Assembly: GCA_033764315.1 (NCBI GenBank) | Contig: JANRJA010000203.1 | Span: 1-64,000, forward strand | Source of the DNA: Oculatellaceae cyanobacterium bins.114 | GTDB lineage: Bacteria; Cyanobacteriota; Cyanobacteriia; Elainellales; Elainellaceae | Length of the DNA: 64,000 nucleotides | Reading direction: 5' to 3' | Part shown: in pieces, positions 48,636-59,626 of the stretch | How the letters are laid out: each line of letters opens with the position of its first letter | How positions within the stretch are numbered: position 1 is the stretch's first letter | Made by a program: the position numbers and the translations under genes | The notes under the pieces: model-generated | Databases searched by the model: none | The model's input: only the letters and a program-made list of their open reading frames with translations | What the model was told of the DNA's origin: nothing

Positions 48636-50486
48636 TCAACACTCAGCACTCACTTCAACCAAGGGCATGACACAGTAGAGATTGCGCCCTTGAGTTTTAG
48701 CCTTATAGAGTGCCTGATCAGCGTTTGCAAATAATGTTTGGGGGGTGTGTTGAATGCTGGGAACAGTGCTAGAGATTCCCAGACTAATCGTGACCTGTTG
48801 ACTAACGATAGAAGACGCATGGGAAATGGCAAGTTGAGCGATCGCCCCTCGAATCTGCTTTGCCATACAGACTGCTCCTTCGATGTCAGTATTAGGCAAA
48901 ATAATGGCAAACTCTTCACCCCCATATCGGGCTACAAAATCAGCAGGACGCTTAGCAGTTTGAGCGATCGCCAGAGCAATTTGCTGTAAGCACATGTCAC
49001 CTGCTTGATGACCATAGTAATCGTTGTAGTTTTTGAAGTAGTCAATATCGCAGAGCAAGAGAGACAGAGGCACTTGTTCTCGTTTAAGACGATGCCACTC
49101 CTGCTCAAGATAGGCGTCAAAACAGCGACGGTTTGCCACTTGAGTCAGGCTATCCATCAGGGCTAACCGTTGTAACTCTTGGTTGCTGGCCTGCAAATCT
49201 TGATATAGCTGAGAGTGTTGAATGGCGATCGCCACAGACTGAGATAGTTGCTTGAGCAGGTCAATTTGACTGGGTTGCCACAGATATGGGGCAGAACAGT
49301 GTTGAACTGCAATTAACCCCCACACTTGCTCACCTTGCAAAATTGGCACAACCAGATTGGCTCTCACTTGAAGCTGACTTAACAAATTGGCATAACACGG
49401 AGCCACCGACGCAGTTTTAACGTCAGCAATAGCTTGGATATGCCCTTGAGTATAGGCAAGGATGCACGAGTCTAATCGGACACAGTCATCCACAATCTCC
49501 TTGCCTAGCAACGACAACCAAGACTCACCAACTGACTCTGCAATAACAGTGCCCTTGTTATGGTCATCAAAGCGATAAATCAAAACGCGATCGGTCTGAA
49601 AGAGGTGGCGAACTTCTGCGACCGTTGTACTGAGAATGTCATTCAGGTCAAGCGATCGCTGGATCTGGTGCGTCATCTCAACCATCAATCTTTCTTGTGC
49701 TGCTTCTTGCCGCAGAGAGTCAATCGTTTGCTGACGATGGCTCGCGTCTTGCACCACCAACACCCCGCCAATCATATGGCCCTTGTCGTCTGTAATGGGC
49801 GAGGCAGAAAGACTGACAGGCCGTTCTGACCCATCTCGGAGGGTCAAAGTACAGGCATCGGGCAGAGAGATCCGAGTTTGAGTTTGAATGGCTGTAAGAA
49901 TCGGGTTGGCGATCGCGTTTGAGGTACTGCTATCGTTTAATCGAAATATCTGAGTCACACATTGACCCAACGCTTCACTGAGGGGACATCCCGTCAATGT
50001 TTCAGCTATAGCATTCATAAAGGTAATGCGACCCAGGCAATCCGTCGTGATCGTTGCATCCTGAATGCTACTTAACGTTGGTTTTAACCATTTCTGAACG
50101 TTACTTAACTCTCGCTCGACTTGGTGACGTCGCAAAGCTGTCTCGATCGTGACCTGCAACTCCATGCGGCTAAAAGGTTTGAGTAAATAACCAAAGGGCG
50201 CAGTAACCATTGCTTGCTTTATTGTTTGGTCATCAGCATGGGCCGTTAAATAAACCACTGGAATCTGAAATTGAGTCCAGATTGTTTGAGCTGCCGCGAT
50301 TCCATCCATCCTGCCATGCAAGCGAATATCCATCAGCACTAAATCAGGATGAACCTCACCTGCGATCTGCACAGCTGTTTCAGCACAGGCAACATTTGCC
50401 ACAACGGAATGATCAAAAATCTGCAAAATTTCTTGAATATTCCAGGCAACCACGCGCTCGTCTTCAACGACTAAAATTCTTGCCAT
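48636..50486 (-). CDS. diguanylate cyclase, REC-PAS-GAF(CBCR-type)-GGDEF
   Basis: ILVVEDE/LMDIRL receiver; PAS; GAF with DRVLIYRF...DDC...PCY...VRANLVVPI; RPAD I-site and RYGGEEF. Confidence 0.93.
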   Translation of the reverse strand: MARILVVEDERVVAWNIQEILQIFDHSVVANVACAETAVQIAGEVHPDLVLMDIRLHGRMDGIAAAQTIWTQFQIPVVYLTAHADDQTIKQAMVTAPFGYLLKPFSRMELQVTIETALRRHQVERELSNVQKWLKPTLSSIQDATITTDCLGRITFMNAIAETLTGCPLSEALGQCVTQIFRLNDSSTSNAIANPILTAIQTQTRISLPDACTLTLRDGSERPVSLSASPITDDKGHMIGGVLVVQDASHRQQTIDSLRQEAAQERLMVEMTHQIQRSLDLNDILSTTVAEVRHLFQTDRVLIYRFDDHNKGTVIAESVGESWLSLLGKEIVDDCVRLDSCILAYTQGHIQAIADVKTASVAPCYANLLSQLQVRANLVVPILQGEQVWGLIAVQHCSAPYLWQPSQIDLLKQLSQSVAIAIQHSQLYQDLQASNQELQRLALMDSLTQVANRRCFDAYLEQEWHRLKREQVPLSLLLCDIDYFKNYNDYYGHQAGDMCLQQIALAIAQTAKRPADFVARYGGEEFAIILPNTDIEGAVCMAKQIRGAIAQLAISHASSIVSQQVTISLGISSTVPSIQHTPQTLFANADQALYKAKTQGRNLYCVMPLVEVSAEC

Positions 50487-50546
50487 ACGTTTGTGTTCAC
50501 TGCCCAGTAGTCTCAAACAAACGACCACATTTCTATAACAACGTTA

Positions 50547-50597
50547 TATAGCAATCCCAAAAGAGTGCACCTCTCACAACCCCTTTGGAATTGCTAT
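50547..50597. mobile_element. short MITE-like element upstream of the diguanylate cyclase
   Basis: TATAGCAATCCCAAA ... TTTGGAATTGCTAT inverted ends. Confidence 0.5.
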
Positions 50598-51224
50598 CGC
50601 TAGCTTTTGAAGTTTGATATCGGAATGCTATTCATTAACATCGCCCCTTTATCTACCAAGAAAGGCTTATTTCTGTCGAGTACAGTCTCTCAAAAATTCA
50701 GTTGAAAATCACGCCTTGCTGCTCTAAAAATAGGCTTAATTAATCGTTGCTATAGCCCCAACGTTAATCTCTGAGCAAAAGCTCAAGCCTCACAAGCAGA
50801 TCGTCTGAATGAAATTGGCCTCAGCGTAGGTAAGTGTCAATAGTCAATTAACAGGAACTTATATCAGCCACCAACTATCAGCTAATGGCTTAAAACTCAA
50901 TTCACTGTCAATACAAAATTCCACCCTGATCATCATTCAGATCAATATTAATACGTTCAGAGATAAAAGAAGGTAGGTTTTGTGGGGATTATTCACATCA
51001 AAAGACAGAAATCTTATTCTTTTCTACTGAATAAAGAGATGTATATTTAATTTACAACTACTGACAAAAGTCTGTAAAATCAACAGATTTACATCGTGAA
51101 TTGATCATAGTTGATAACAATTGATGTAAGTTTTAAGTCATGTTTGCGTGAGCTTAAAAACGACTTGGACAAGGTTTGAGACTGGTTGACGGGCAATCGC
51201 AGAAGTCCATTGCAGAGATTGCTC

Positions 51225-52109
51225 TCATTCTTCTGATGAAACCTGCATTTGAACATAAATCAAGGCAATCGTTACAGCCAGTAAGATCGTTGCAGCTGCA
51301 GCCGCATAGCCAAAATCAAATTGGGCAAATGCCTCTTCATAGATATAAAACACTAACAGATTGGTGGAATTGAGCGGTCCTCCACCTGTCATCACATAAG
51401 GCTGCTCAAAGCTGCGTAGGGTAAAGATCGCAGTCGTAACAGCCGCGAAGATCAGAGTAGGACGCAACCCTGGTAGTGTAATGTACCAAAACTGATTCAA
51501 CCGATTGGCTCCATCTAGCTCAGCGGCCTCATAGCGACTTTGAGGAATCGTTTGCAACCCTGCTAGAAAAACCACCATGTTAAACCCAAGTTGTTTCCAA
51601 ATACTGAGCACAATTAACACAGGCATTGCCCAAACCGGGCTGCCTAGCCAGGGAATGGGATCAAGTGCGATCGTTGCTAACGCTGCATTGATTGGCCCAT
51701 CGTTTTGAAACAACCAGCGAAAACCCAGACCCACTGCCACAAGCGAAGTGATTGAGGGAATGAAATAGGCAGTTCGCAACAAGCCTCGCAACACAAAAGC
51801 CCGGTTGAGCAGCACAGCTAAGCCCAAGGGAATCGCCAGACTAGGAACAAGAGTCGCCAGCGTAAAGTAGACGGTATTGCCCAAGACTTGCCAAAAATCG
51901 GGGTTAATCAGCAATCGCCAATAATTTCTGAACCCAATCCAATGGATGCCTGCTCGTGTAAAGCTGCCTTCTGTGAGGCTGAGGTAGCCGAGATAGGCGA
52001 TCGGAAACAACACAAAAATGCTGAGTAAGATCAGTGCAGGGGCTAAAAAAGCCCAGGCCATCAGAGTTTCACTAGAGCGGGCAGAGCTTGACCACTGACC
52101 ATTGACCAT
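51225..52109 (-). CDS. carbohydrate ABC transporter permease (UgpA/MalF-like)
   Basis: GFRNY, WKQLGFNM and EAA loop YEAAELDGA...ITLP. Confidence 0.92.
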   Translation of the reverse strand: MVNGQWSSSARSSETLMAWAFLAPALILLSIFVLFPIAYLGYLSLTEGSFTRAGIHWIGFRNYWRLLINPDFWQVLGNTVYFTLATLVPSLAIPLGLAVLLNRAFVLRGLLRTAYFIPSITSLVAVGLGFRWLFQNDGPINAALATIALDPIPWLGSPVWAMPVLIVLSIWKQLGFNMVVFLAGLQTIPQSRYEAAELDGANRLNQFWYITLPGLRPTLIFAAVTTAIFTLRSFEQPYVMTGGGPLNSTNLLVFYIYEEAFAQFDFGYAAAAATILLAVTIALIYVQMQVSSEE

Positions 52110-52123
52110 TGACCATTAACCAT
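52089..52123. repeat. TGACCAT-type heptamer tandem repeat overlapping the permease start
   Basis: TGACCAC TGACCAT TGACCAT TGACCAT TAACCAT. Confidence 0.75.
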
Positions 52124-52183
52124 CAAAAACTGCTGTAACAATGGTAGGGTAAGCATCCATAGTCTGTAATTCTTTTTCGATTC

Positions 52184-52888
52184 ATGATATCTGATGTCTC
52201 GTCAGTTGATATTGGGTCACAGGCCATGCGAAACCATTCCTCTGGTGAGGTTGCCAGTTTAGTGTCGCCTGATGTTGCCGCGATCGCCCCTCGTTTTTCA
52301 GAGCCACCGTTGCGACTGGGGGTGATGGCGTCAGGGAGTGGCAGCAATTTTGAGGCGATCGCTCAAGCCATTGCCAATCAACAACTCAACGCCCAAATTC
52401 AAGTACTCGTTTACAACAATCCTGATACGAAAGCAGCTACCCGTGCCGATCGGTGGGGCATTCCCAAGGTGTTGCTCAACCATCGACAGTTTGACAGCCG
52501 AGAAGCGTTGGATGGGGCGATCGCAGAGACAATGCAGCACTATCAGGTCGATTTGATTGTGATGGCAGGCTGGATGCGAATCGTGACTGAGGTGCTGATC
52601 AACGCCTTTCCCGATCGCCTGCTGAACATTCACCCCAGTTTACTCCCCAGTTTTCGGGGTGCTCGTGCAGTCGAACAGGCTCTCGCCGCAGGGGTCAAAA
52701 TCACAGGTTGTACCGTTCACCTAGTGCGCCTGGAGGTCGATAGTGGCCCGATCATCATCCAGGCAGCCGTACCGATCTTGCCAGAAGATACGGTGGAAAG
52801 CCTGCATCAACGCATTCAGGTAGAGGAGCATCGCATTTTTCCAGCCGCGATCGCCCTGCTAGCTCACCAACACAGCCAGACCCCGTAA
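52184..52888 (+). CDS. purN: phosphoribosylglycinamide formyltransferase (start uncertain)
   Basis: ASGSGSNF, MAGWMRI, NIHPSLLPSF, TGCTVH and DSGPII. Confidence 0.96.
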   Translation: MISDVSSVDIGSQAMRNHSSGEVASLVSPDVAAIAPRFSEPPLRLGVMASGSGSNFEAIAQAIANQQLNAQIQVLVYNNPDTKAATRADRWGIPKVLLNHRQFDSREALDGAIAETMQHYQVDLIVMAGWMRIVTEVLINAFPDRLLNIHPSLLPSFRGARAVEQALAAGVKITGCTVHLVRLEVDSGPIIIQAAVPILPEDTVESLHQRIQVEEHRIFPAAIALLAHQHSQTP

Positions 52889-52902
52889 TTGCTTAAATGC
52901 TC

Positions 52903-53484
52903 TCACTCGGCAGCAAATACCTGTTCAACTGTCAGATTTAGCTCTGGAAAGGTTTGGAGTTGAACGCGATCGCCCCCCAAAAACTCAGTTGCCTCGTACA
53001 AATCTTCGATAGAGTTGAATACCGTGATTTTCGAGCTTAGGGGATCGACCACTACATATTCGGGAATTTCCCGCACGTTATATTCCAATCGCTTAGCCCG
53101 GTAGTCTACGGTTTTGGTCGTTTCACTGACCACCTCCACAACCAAAAAGGGAGCAGGTTCATTTAGCTCAATCACGGCTTCACGGGTTCTCAGATTACGC
53201 CACTGCTCTAACGAAATCACCACGACATCGGGAATGCGAGAGGTATCCCAGCGACCCCCACGAGGCGAGCGAATACCCACTGTCATCTGTTTAGATGTCC
53301 ACTCCCTTCCCAATCGCTTAATTTCAGCGCGAAAGGCATCGTTCAAAAACTCTGCGATCGCTCCATGTTGACCTTCTCCCAAACTCATAGGAACCAATTC
53401 ACCCTGCACCAATTCATAACGAGTGTCTGTGCCATCGTTATAGGTTAGATATTCTGCGAAAGTAAGGCGCGTTGTAGTAACCAT
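52903..53484 (-). CDS. Uma2 family (DUF820) putative endonuclease
   Basis: RYELVQG, RIPDV, LVVEVVS, DYRAK..EY and IPEY..VDP. Confidence 0.9.
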   Translation of the reverse strand: MVTTTRLTFAEYLTYNDGTDTRYELVQGELVPMSLGEGQHGAIAEFLNDAFRAEIKRLGREWTSKQMTVGIRSPRGGRWDTSRIPDVVVISLEQWRNLRTREAVIELNEPAPFLVVEVVSETTKTVDYRAKRLEYNVREIPEYVVVDPLSSKITVFNSIEDLYEATEFLGGDRVQLQTFPELNLTVEQVFAAE

Positions 53485-53527
53485 TGCTCTAGCCGTTGAC
53501 GATTGACTATAAACGATTGACCATCCA

Positions 53528-54355
53528 CTAAACTTTTGAGCGATCGGTCAAAATCTCGTAGCCTTTGTCAGTCACCAACACCGTGTGTTCAAACTGTGCC
53601 GAAAGAGCGCGATCGACTGTAACCACCGTCCAGCGATCGGCTAGAGTGCGAGTAAATTTTGAGCCTGCATTGAGAATCGGCTCGATCGCCAATGTCATCC
53701 CTGCTTTGAGTTTCACATTGGGCATTTCGTGAGTGCGGTAGTTAAAGACAGAGGGTTCTTCGTGTAAGTTGCGCCCCACACCGTGCCCAGTGAAGTCTTC
53801 AACGACTTTAAAGCCATTGGCTTCGACGTGATCTTGAATTGCGCCTGCAATATCTAACAAATGATTGCCTGCTTTGACTTGCTCAATCCCTTTATAGAGG
53901 GCTTCTTCTGCCACTCGAATTAGCTTAGCAGCAGCAGGAGTGACATTACCCAGGGCGATCGTGATGCAGGAGTCACCATGAAACCCATTGTAAAAGGCAC
54001 CCGTATCCACCTTGAGCACATCTCCTCGACACAGCACCTTCTTGCGATTGGGAATGCCATGCACCACTTCGTTGTTGACACTGGCGCAGATCGAGGCAGG
54101 GAAGCCGTGATAGCCTTTGAAACTGGGAGTCGCACCCATGTCACGAATACGCTTCTCAGCATACTCATCTAAATCAGCCGTGGTCATTCCAGGCTGCACC
54201 ATCTCAGAAATTTCCTTGAGCACGGTGGCGACAATGCGGGCAGACTGTCGCATGATCTCAATTTCTCGAGCGGATTTGATCTCAGCTCCTCGGCGTTGTT
54301 TGGTGATCCGGGGGCCAGGAGTCGGTTGAGATAGAATGCTAGTCAAAAAATTCAT
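53528..54355 (-). CDS. map: methionine aminopeptidase, type I
   Basis: [33 protein letters not shown] and AQFEHT. Confidence 0.96.
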   Translation of the reverse strand: MNFLTSILSQPTPGPRITKQRRGAEIKSAREIEIMRQSARIVATVLKEISEMVQPGMTTADLDEYAEKRIRDMGATPSFKGYHGFPASICASVNNEVVHGIPNRKKVLCRGDVLKVDTGAFYNGFHGDSCITIALGNVTPAAAKLIRVAEEALYKGIEQVKAGNHLLDIAGAIQDHVEANGFKVVEDFTGHGVGRNLHEEPSVFNYRTHEMPNVKLKAGMTLAIEPILNAGSKFTRTLADRWTVVTVDRALSAQFEHTVLVTDKGYEILTDRSKV

Positions 54356-54563
54356 GGATGGTGGAAAAATTGCAAGATGTGGTGGGAGGAGGAACATTGA
54401 TAGCTCCTATCCTAAGGTAGCTCAGTTTTGTCAGATTCAAGGCAAGGGCTGAAGGCTTTGCCACCCGTCTCAGTTGCACCCTGTCAAAGAGGAAATTTCT
54501 TTCCAGGCTTGATTCACTGAGCCTCTTTGGCTTCGCACTCAGCCCTATCCAGCTTTAGCTCGT

Positions 54564-54675
54564 AGGCGTTGCTAAACACAGAGATGATCTCGTTGATTAA
54601 GACAACCGCTGATCAAGACAGCAAGGGAGGTTTCGCAAAACGCCCTGAGATTTTATACAGTTGATCAGCAACGCT
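54564..54675. mobile_element. MITE-like element with GCGTTGCT terminal inverted repeats
   Basis: AGGCGTTGCTAA ... TCAGCAACGCT, about 110 bp; a single related end TTTAGCAACGCT lies near 32966. Confidence 0.5.
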
Positions 54676-54689
54676 CACTCTTGACCTAT

Positions 54690-55076
54690 TTAATCGCCAC
54701 AGTAGACGATCAAATCGATCTCGACGTCACCCAATCCAGCTAGAGCGGTGACTCCAACGGTGGTGCGGCACGGTAACCGAGTTGGGTCAAAGTAGGAGGC
54801 ATAAATTTCATTCACCGTTGGAAAAAATCGAAAATCGGTGACAAAAATTCGTGCCATGACGACCCGGTTAAAGCTTGTCTCAGCGTGGTCTAAAACCAAC
54901 TTGAGATTGTCCATAACCCGTCGCGTCTGTTCATCAATGGAACCGCGCACGATCTGCCCCGTGGCCGGATCTTCTGCTAATTGACCCGTGACAAACAAAA
55001 AACCTCCGGCTCGGACAGCATGAGAATAGGGGGCAACAGCGGGCAAGACGTCGTCGGGTAAGGTGATATATTCCAA
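54690..55076 (-). CDS. RidA/YjgF/UK114 family protein
   Basis: APYSHAV, LFVTGQ, NEIYASYF, PCRTTVGV and VEID; TTG start with AGGAG. Confidence 0.9.
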   Translation of the reverse strand: MEYITLPDDVLPAVAPYSHAVRAGGFLFVTGQLAEDPATGQIVRGSIDEQTRRVMDNLKLVLDHAETSFNRVVMARIFVTDFRFFPTVNEIYASYFDPTRLPCRTTVGVTALAGLGDVEIDLIVYCGD

Positions 55077-55102
55077 ATTTATTGCTCCTGAAAGACTAGT
55101 CC

Positions 55103-55116
55103 GTAAAGAACCATAC
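55103..55116. promoter_or_regulatory. possible NtcA site between the divergent ridA and amidohydrolase genes
   Basis: GTA-AAGAACCA-TAC; spacing to downstream -10 candidates is 17 or 24 nt, not the canonical ~22. Confidence 0.35.
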
Positions 55117-55215
55117 GAATAGGTTCTCGACAGTACAATCTATCGTGAGGAGTTCAGTTGACACTGTGATTCTTCATGCTGAATGGCACATTAAAAACTT
55201 GTTGGGGGAGATCTG

Positions 55216-56628
55216 GTGAGCTACACAATTCAAAACGCGATCGTTCCAGTTGAGGCAGGATATAACACTGTTGATGTGCAGATTGAGGGCGATCGCATTA
55301 TTGCCATTGCCCCCCACCTTGAGCCAAACGGTACTGTGATCGATGGGCGAGACAAGCTCTTATTACCCGGATTTGTGAATGCTCACACTCACTCATCTGA
55401 AATGTGGCAGCGAGGCTTGATTCCACCGCGACCTTTAGAACTGTGGCTAGGAGAGTTGCATGATTTTGCCCCGGTCGCTCCAGAGCAGGTTTATCTGGCT
55501 GCACTGGGAACAGCAGTTGAAACGCTGCTATCAGGGGGGACAACCGTGGTCGATCACTTAGTTTTGATTCCCGGACAGGAGAAGGAGTCGATCGCCGCTG
55601 CTGTTCGAGCTTATCAAGAAGTCGGCATTCGCGTATTCTTGGGGCCTCTGATTCAAGATGAGCCGTTGAGTGCGGGTATGCCGTCTGGCAAGTATGAGAT
55701 TAAGCATGAGCCATCTGGCTGGAGCACCGAAACGGTACTTGATTTGATGCATGACACGGTGAAGAAATTTCATCACCCTGAGCAGGGCGTCAATATTATG
55801 GTGGCTCCTACCGGAATTCAGCTCTGCTCAGATCAGCTATTTGAGGGGTGTATCGAGTTGAGCGATCGCCATCAGTTGTGTCGTCATACCCATCTGCTCG
55901 AAACCAAAGCGCAACACATGCTGGCTTACGAGAAATATGGGTGTACAGCGGTGCAGCACTTAAAGCACCTTGGCTTTCTCAGTTCTCGCACCTCTCTGGC
56001 TCACTGTGTCTGGCTAGAGGATGCTGACATTCCCATCTTGGCAGAGACCCAATCAACCGTAGTGCACAACCCCCTCAGCAACCTGCGTTTGGGGAGTGGC
56101 ATCGCCCCTGTCTTAAAATATCGTCAAGCCGGAGTCAACGTAACGTTTGGGTGTGATGGCTCTGCCAGCAATGACTCTCAAGACTTGTTAGAGGCCATTA
56201 AGCTTGGCACCATTCTCCACAACGTCACTGATCGCGATTACTACCACTGGATCACCCCTCGACAAGCCATCGAAATGGCGGCTCTGGGTGGAGCAACAGG
56301 CTTAGGCATGGCAGACCAAATGGGATCACTGACGGTAGGCAAAAAAGCTGACCTGGTTTTATATGACCTCAAGAGTTTGTCACTGTTGCCCCGCACTGAC
56401 CCGATTGGCTTACTCGTGTTGGGCCGACCGATCGCCGTTCACAGTGTGTGGGTTCATGGCAAAGCCGTGGTCACAAATGGCACGGTCACAACGATTGATG
56501 TGCCCCAACTGCAACAAACCCTGTTTGACAAAAGCGAATGGCAGACTACGCGGCGATCGCCCTCTATGCAAGACATGGAAATGCACTATCGCCATGTCAT
56601 GGGGTTAACTCCCACGAGTGAAAATTGA
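55216..56628 (+). CDS. metal-dependent amidohydrolase/deaminase (AtzA/TrzA/SsnA-like)
   Basis: PGFVNAHTH, HTHLLET, AHCVW, HNPLSNLRLGSG, GCDG and GKKADLV. Confidence 0.9.
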   Translation: MSYTIQNAIVPVEAGYNTVDVQIEGDRIIAIAPHLEPNGTVIDGRDKLLLPGFVNAHTHSSEMWQRGLIPPRPLELWLGELHDFAPVAPEQVYLAALGTAVETLLSGGTTVVDHLVLIPGQEKESIAAAVRAYQEVGIRVFLGPLIQDEPLSAGMPSGKYEIKHEPSGWSTETVLDLMHDTVKKFHHPEQGVNIMVAPTGIQLCSDQLFEGCIELSDRHQLCRHTHLLETKAQHMLAYEKYGCTAVQHLKHLGFLSSRTSLAHCVWLEDADIPILAETQSTVVHNPLSNLRLGSGIAPVLKYRQAGVNVTFGCDGSASNDSQDLLEAIKLGTILHNVTDRDYYHWITPRQAIEMAALGGATGLGMADQMGSLTVGKKADLVLYDLKSLSLLPRTDPIGLLVLGRPIAVHSVWVHGKAVVTNGTVTTIDVPQLQQTLFDKSEWQTTRRSPSMQDMEMHYRHVMGLTPTSEN

Positions 56629-56737
56629 AAAAGAAATTTGATTTTCTCTCTTCTTTTTTCGCCTCTCTCAGCCTCTCTTCCTCCTCACGATAGAATTAAA
56701 CCTGGGATCTTCAGAGGAACCTGAGGCAACAGCAGAC

Positions 56738-57478
56738 ATGATTGAAACCTTCCGACTCTGGCTCTATGGGCTAGAACAGTTCGCTAATGGGCAAGTAGCC
56801 GCTCAGTTGACTCACCTGACTCCATTAAGTGTGGGGATCATTTTTGTGGCTGGGTTGCTCACCAGTCTCACCCCTTGCATGTTGTCGATGTTACCGATCA
56901 CGATTGGCTATATCGGCGGCTATGAGGCAACCAGTCGAGTTCGAGCAGCCGCACAATCGACCTGGTTTTCTCTGGGCTTGGCAACGACTCTGGCGATATT
57001 GGGCATTGTGGCAGCGATCGCAGGCAAGTTATATGGGCAAGTGGGCATAGGTCTACCAATTGTCGTCAGTGTTGTGTCGATTCTCATGGGACTCAATTTG
57101 TTAGAGGCATTGCCCTTACAGTTGCCGTCATTTACTGGGTTAGGGTTCATCCCCCAAAATGCTCCTGAAGGGGTGAGATCCTATCTGTTAGGTCTCACCT
57201 TTGGATTGGTAGCATCCCCCTGTAGCACCCCAGTATTAGCAACGTTGCTGGCGTGGGTTTCCACCACTCACAATCCCGTATTAGGAGGGGCCATGCTGCT
57301 GTCTTATACGGCGGGTTACGTTGCTCCCCTAATCCTGGCAGGGACGTTTACGGCTTCGATTAAAAAGATTTTAGAGCTGCGGCGTTGGTCAGGTTGGATC
57401 ACCCCTACCAGTGGCGCGTTATTGGTCGGATTTGGCGTGTTTTCTCTCCTGTTTCGGCTGTTTCCTACAGGGGTTTAA
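56738..57478 (+). CDS. ccdA: cytochrome c biogenesis protein CcdA
   Basis: SLTPCMLSMLP and ASPCSTP Cys pair; about 6 TM helices. Confidence 0.93.
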   Translation: MIETFRLWLYGLEQFANGQVAAQLTHLTPLSVGIIFVAGLLTSLTPCMLSMLPITIGYIGGYEATSRVRAAAQSTWFSLGLATTLAILGIVAAIAGKLYGQVGIGLPIVVSVVSILMGLNLLEALPLQLPSFTGLGFIPQNAPEGVRSYLLGLTFGLVASPCSTPVLATLLAWVSTTHNPVLGGAMLLSYTAGYVAPLILAGTFTASIKKILELRRWSGWITPTSGALLVGFGVFSLLFRLFPTGV

Positions 57479-57538
57479 CGAAATTTCAATTCCAACGGAC
57501 GCAATGAATCGCTTTCTTCCACACTTAAAATTCAGTAC

Positions 57539-57558
57539 AGACGCGATTAATCGCGTCT
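57539..57558. repeat. perfect 20-bp palindrome (small dispersed repeat)
   Basis: AGACGCGATTAATCGCGTCT; a degenerate copy lies at about 57497-57516. Confidence 0.75.
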
Positions 57559-57588
57559 CTTCGGCTCAAAATTTCTAACTGCCTCTCC

Positions 57589-58983
57589 ATGATTCCAGAC
57601 ACTCCAGAGACTCCAACCCCATCCCGTCTGTCTAGCTTCAACCAGTTGATTCAGCATTACTTTCAAAAAGAATTGCTGCCTCTTCTGGCAGACTTACGGT
57701 TAGCGATTTTGTTGCTGTTGGCGATCGCCATTTTTAGTATCTCTGGCACGGTCATTGAGCAGGGCGAAACCCTGGAATTTTATCAAACCAACTACCCCGA
57801 ACACCCAGCCCTGTTTGGCTTTCTCACCTGGAAGCTGATTTTGATGGTGGGGCTAGACCACGTCTATCGCACCTGGTGGTTTCTGGCTTTGTTGATTTTG
57901 TTTGGCTCTAGCTTGACGGCTTGCACATTTACCCGCCAGTTTCCAACGCTGAAGTCGGCACAACGCTGGAGCTATTACACCCAACCCCGACAATTTGAGA
58001 AGCTGGCATTGAGTGCTGAATTGCCGGATGGCTCTGTGGATGCCGTATTGCCGCTGTTGGCGGGTAAACGCTATCGCACCTATCACGAGGGAGACACGAT
58101 TTACGCCCGCAAGGGCATTGCCGGACGGATTGGGCCAATTATCGTTCATGCCAGCATGTTGATTATTTTGGCAGGGTCGATTTTAGGAGCCATGACAGGC
58201 TTTTTTGCCCAAGAGATGGTGCCCAGCTACGAAACCTTTAAGGTGCAACACGTCTTTGATGCGGGGCCGTGGGCAGCGGCTCAGATTCCCAAAGATTGGT
58301 CTGCAAAGGTCAATCGGTTTTGGATTGATTACACCCCTAACGGCACGATTGACCAGTTTTATTCTGACCTCTCCATCCTGGATGCAGAAGGCAATGAAGT
58401 AAAACGCAAAACCATTCATGTGAATGAGCCATTGCGCTATCACGGGGTGACTTTATATCAAGCCGATTGGGCGATCGCCGCTGTGCGAGTGCGGTTTAAC
58501 AACAGCCCAGTGCTGCAATTGCCAATGGCAAAACTGGACGTTGGCAGTGGGCGGGTCTGGGGCACCTGGATTCCGACCAAGCCGGATCTGAGCGAAGGTG
58601 TCTCGTTATTAGCCAAAGATCTCCAGGGCACGGTCTTGATCTACGATAACAACGGCAATCTGCTCTCAACTGTGCGCGAAGGGATGACCCTTGAGGTCAA
58701 TGGCGTAACGCTCTCAGTGGTTGAGTTGATCGGCAGCACCGGGTTGCAAATTAAGGCAGATCCTGGCATTCCCATTGTCTATTTGGGGTTTGGATTGCTG
58801 ATGCTGGGAGTCGCCATGAGTTATGTCTCTCATTCCCAGATTTGGGCATTGCAATCGGGCGATCGCCTTTACATTGGAGGCAGAACGAATCGAGCACAGG
58901 TTGTGTTTGAGCGCGAAATGCTGGACATTTTAGATCAGCTTGACCATCCTTTGAATTCCTCTCAACCCACCCAACCATCATGA
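57589..58983 (+). CDS. ccs1: cytochrome c biogenesis protein Ccs1/CcsB (ResB family)
   Basis: [35 protein letters not shown] and LQIKADPG. Confidence 0.95.
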   Translation: MIPDTPETPTPSRLSSFNQLIQHYFQKELLPLLADLRLAILLLLAIAIFSISGTVIEQGETLEFYQTNYPEHPALFGFLTWKLILMVGLDHVYRTWWFLALLILFGSSLTACTFTRQFPTLKSAQRWSYYTQPRQFEKLALSAELPDGSVDAVLPLLAGKRYRTYHEGDTIYARKGIAGRIGPIIVHASMLIILAGSILGAMTGFFAQEMVPSYETFKVQHVFDAGPWAAAQIPKDWSAKVNRFWIDYTPNGTIDQFYSDLSILDAEGNEVKRKTIHVNEPLRYHGVTLYQADWAIAAVRVRFNNSPVLQLPMAKLDVGSGRVWGTWIPTKPDLSEGVSLLAKDLQGTVLIYDNNGNLLSTVREGMTLEVNGVTLSVVELIGSTGLQIKADPGIPIVYLGFGLLMLGVAMSYVSHSQIWALQSGDRLYIGGRTNRAQVVFEREMLDILDQLDHPLNSSQPTQPS

Positions 58984-59588
58984 CCAACCCTGATCCCGAG
59001 ATTCGCCGTTTAATCGAGTTAATGCCTGCATCAGGGCGAATGCACTGCAAACTCGTCAGCAAACCAGAGCAATCCACTGTGATCACCGCTGAGTTTCCGG
59101 TGCCCTGGAAACAAACTCGCCCAATTGTGATTAACTTTGACCTGTGGCGAGAAATGCCTCGTCCGCAGCGAGATTTAGTGCTGTTGCGAACGGTGAGTTG
59201 GCTGATGTCTGTTAAGTGGCTAAAGATTAATCCTGCTAGTGGGTTAGTCGCCGCTGGTGTGGTCGGCACCGTGTTTGAGCTGGTACAAGTTGACATGGTG
59301 GGGGCGATCGCCGCTGGAGCACTGACCACCCTCGCAGGCTTGCAAGTCTGGCGCAGCCACCGCAGCACCCAACGCGAACTAGAAGCCGACGAAGCCGCTG
59401 TGCAGATAGCATTGCGACGCGGATATTCTGAGTCAGACGCCGCACGGCACTTGCTCAGCGCAATCGAAGCCATTGCCCGCATTGAGGAACGCCCCGGCAC
59501 CTTTACCGAACTCGTGCGCTGTCAAAACCTCAAAGCGATCGCTGGGTTATCTCCCGTGGGTGTGCCCCAATCAGTGCGGAGCGAGTAA
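58980..59588 (+). CDS. DUF3318-like cyanobacterial protein
   Basis: [21 protein letters not shown] and [12 protein letters not shown] overlap with ccs1. Confidence 0.75.
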   Translation: MTNPDPEIRRLIELMPASGRMHCKLVSKPEQSTVITAEFPVPWKQTRPIVINFDLWREMPRPQRDLVLLRTVSWLMSVKWLKINPASGLVAAGVVGTVFELVQVDMVGAIAAGALTTLAGLQVWRSHRSTQRELEADEAAVQIALRRGYSESDAARHLLSAIEAIARIEERPGTFTELVRCQNLKAIAGLSPVGVPQSVRSE

Positions 59589-59626
59589 GTAAGAAACAAT
59601 AAAAAAGAAGAGAAAAAATGAATCTA

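Noticed and set aside
58751-59500. 249-aa antisense ORF
   Set aside because: It is a shadow of ccs1 and the DUF3318-like gene with no recognisable motifs; the same applies to most short overlapping ORFs in the track
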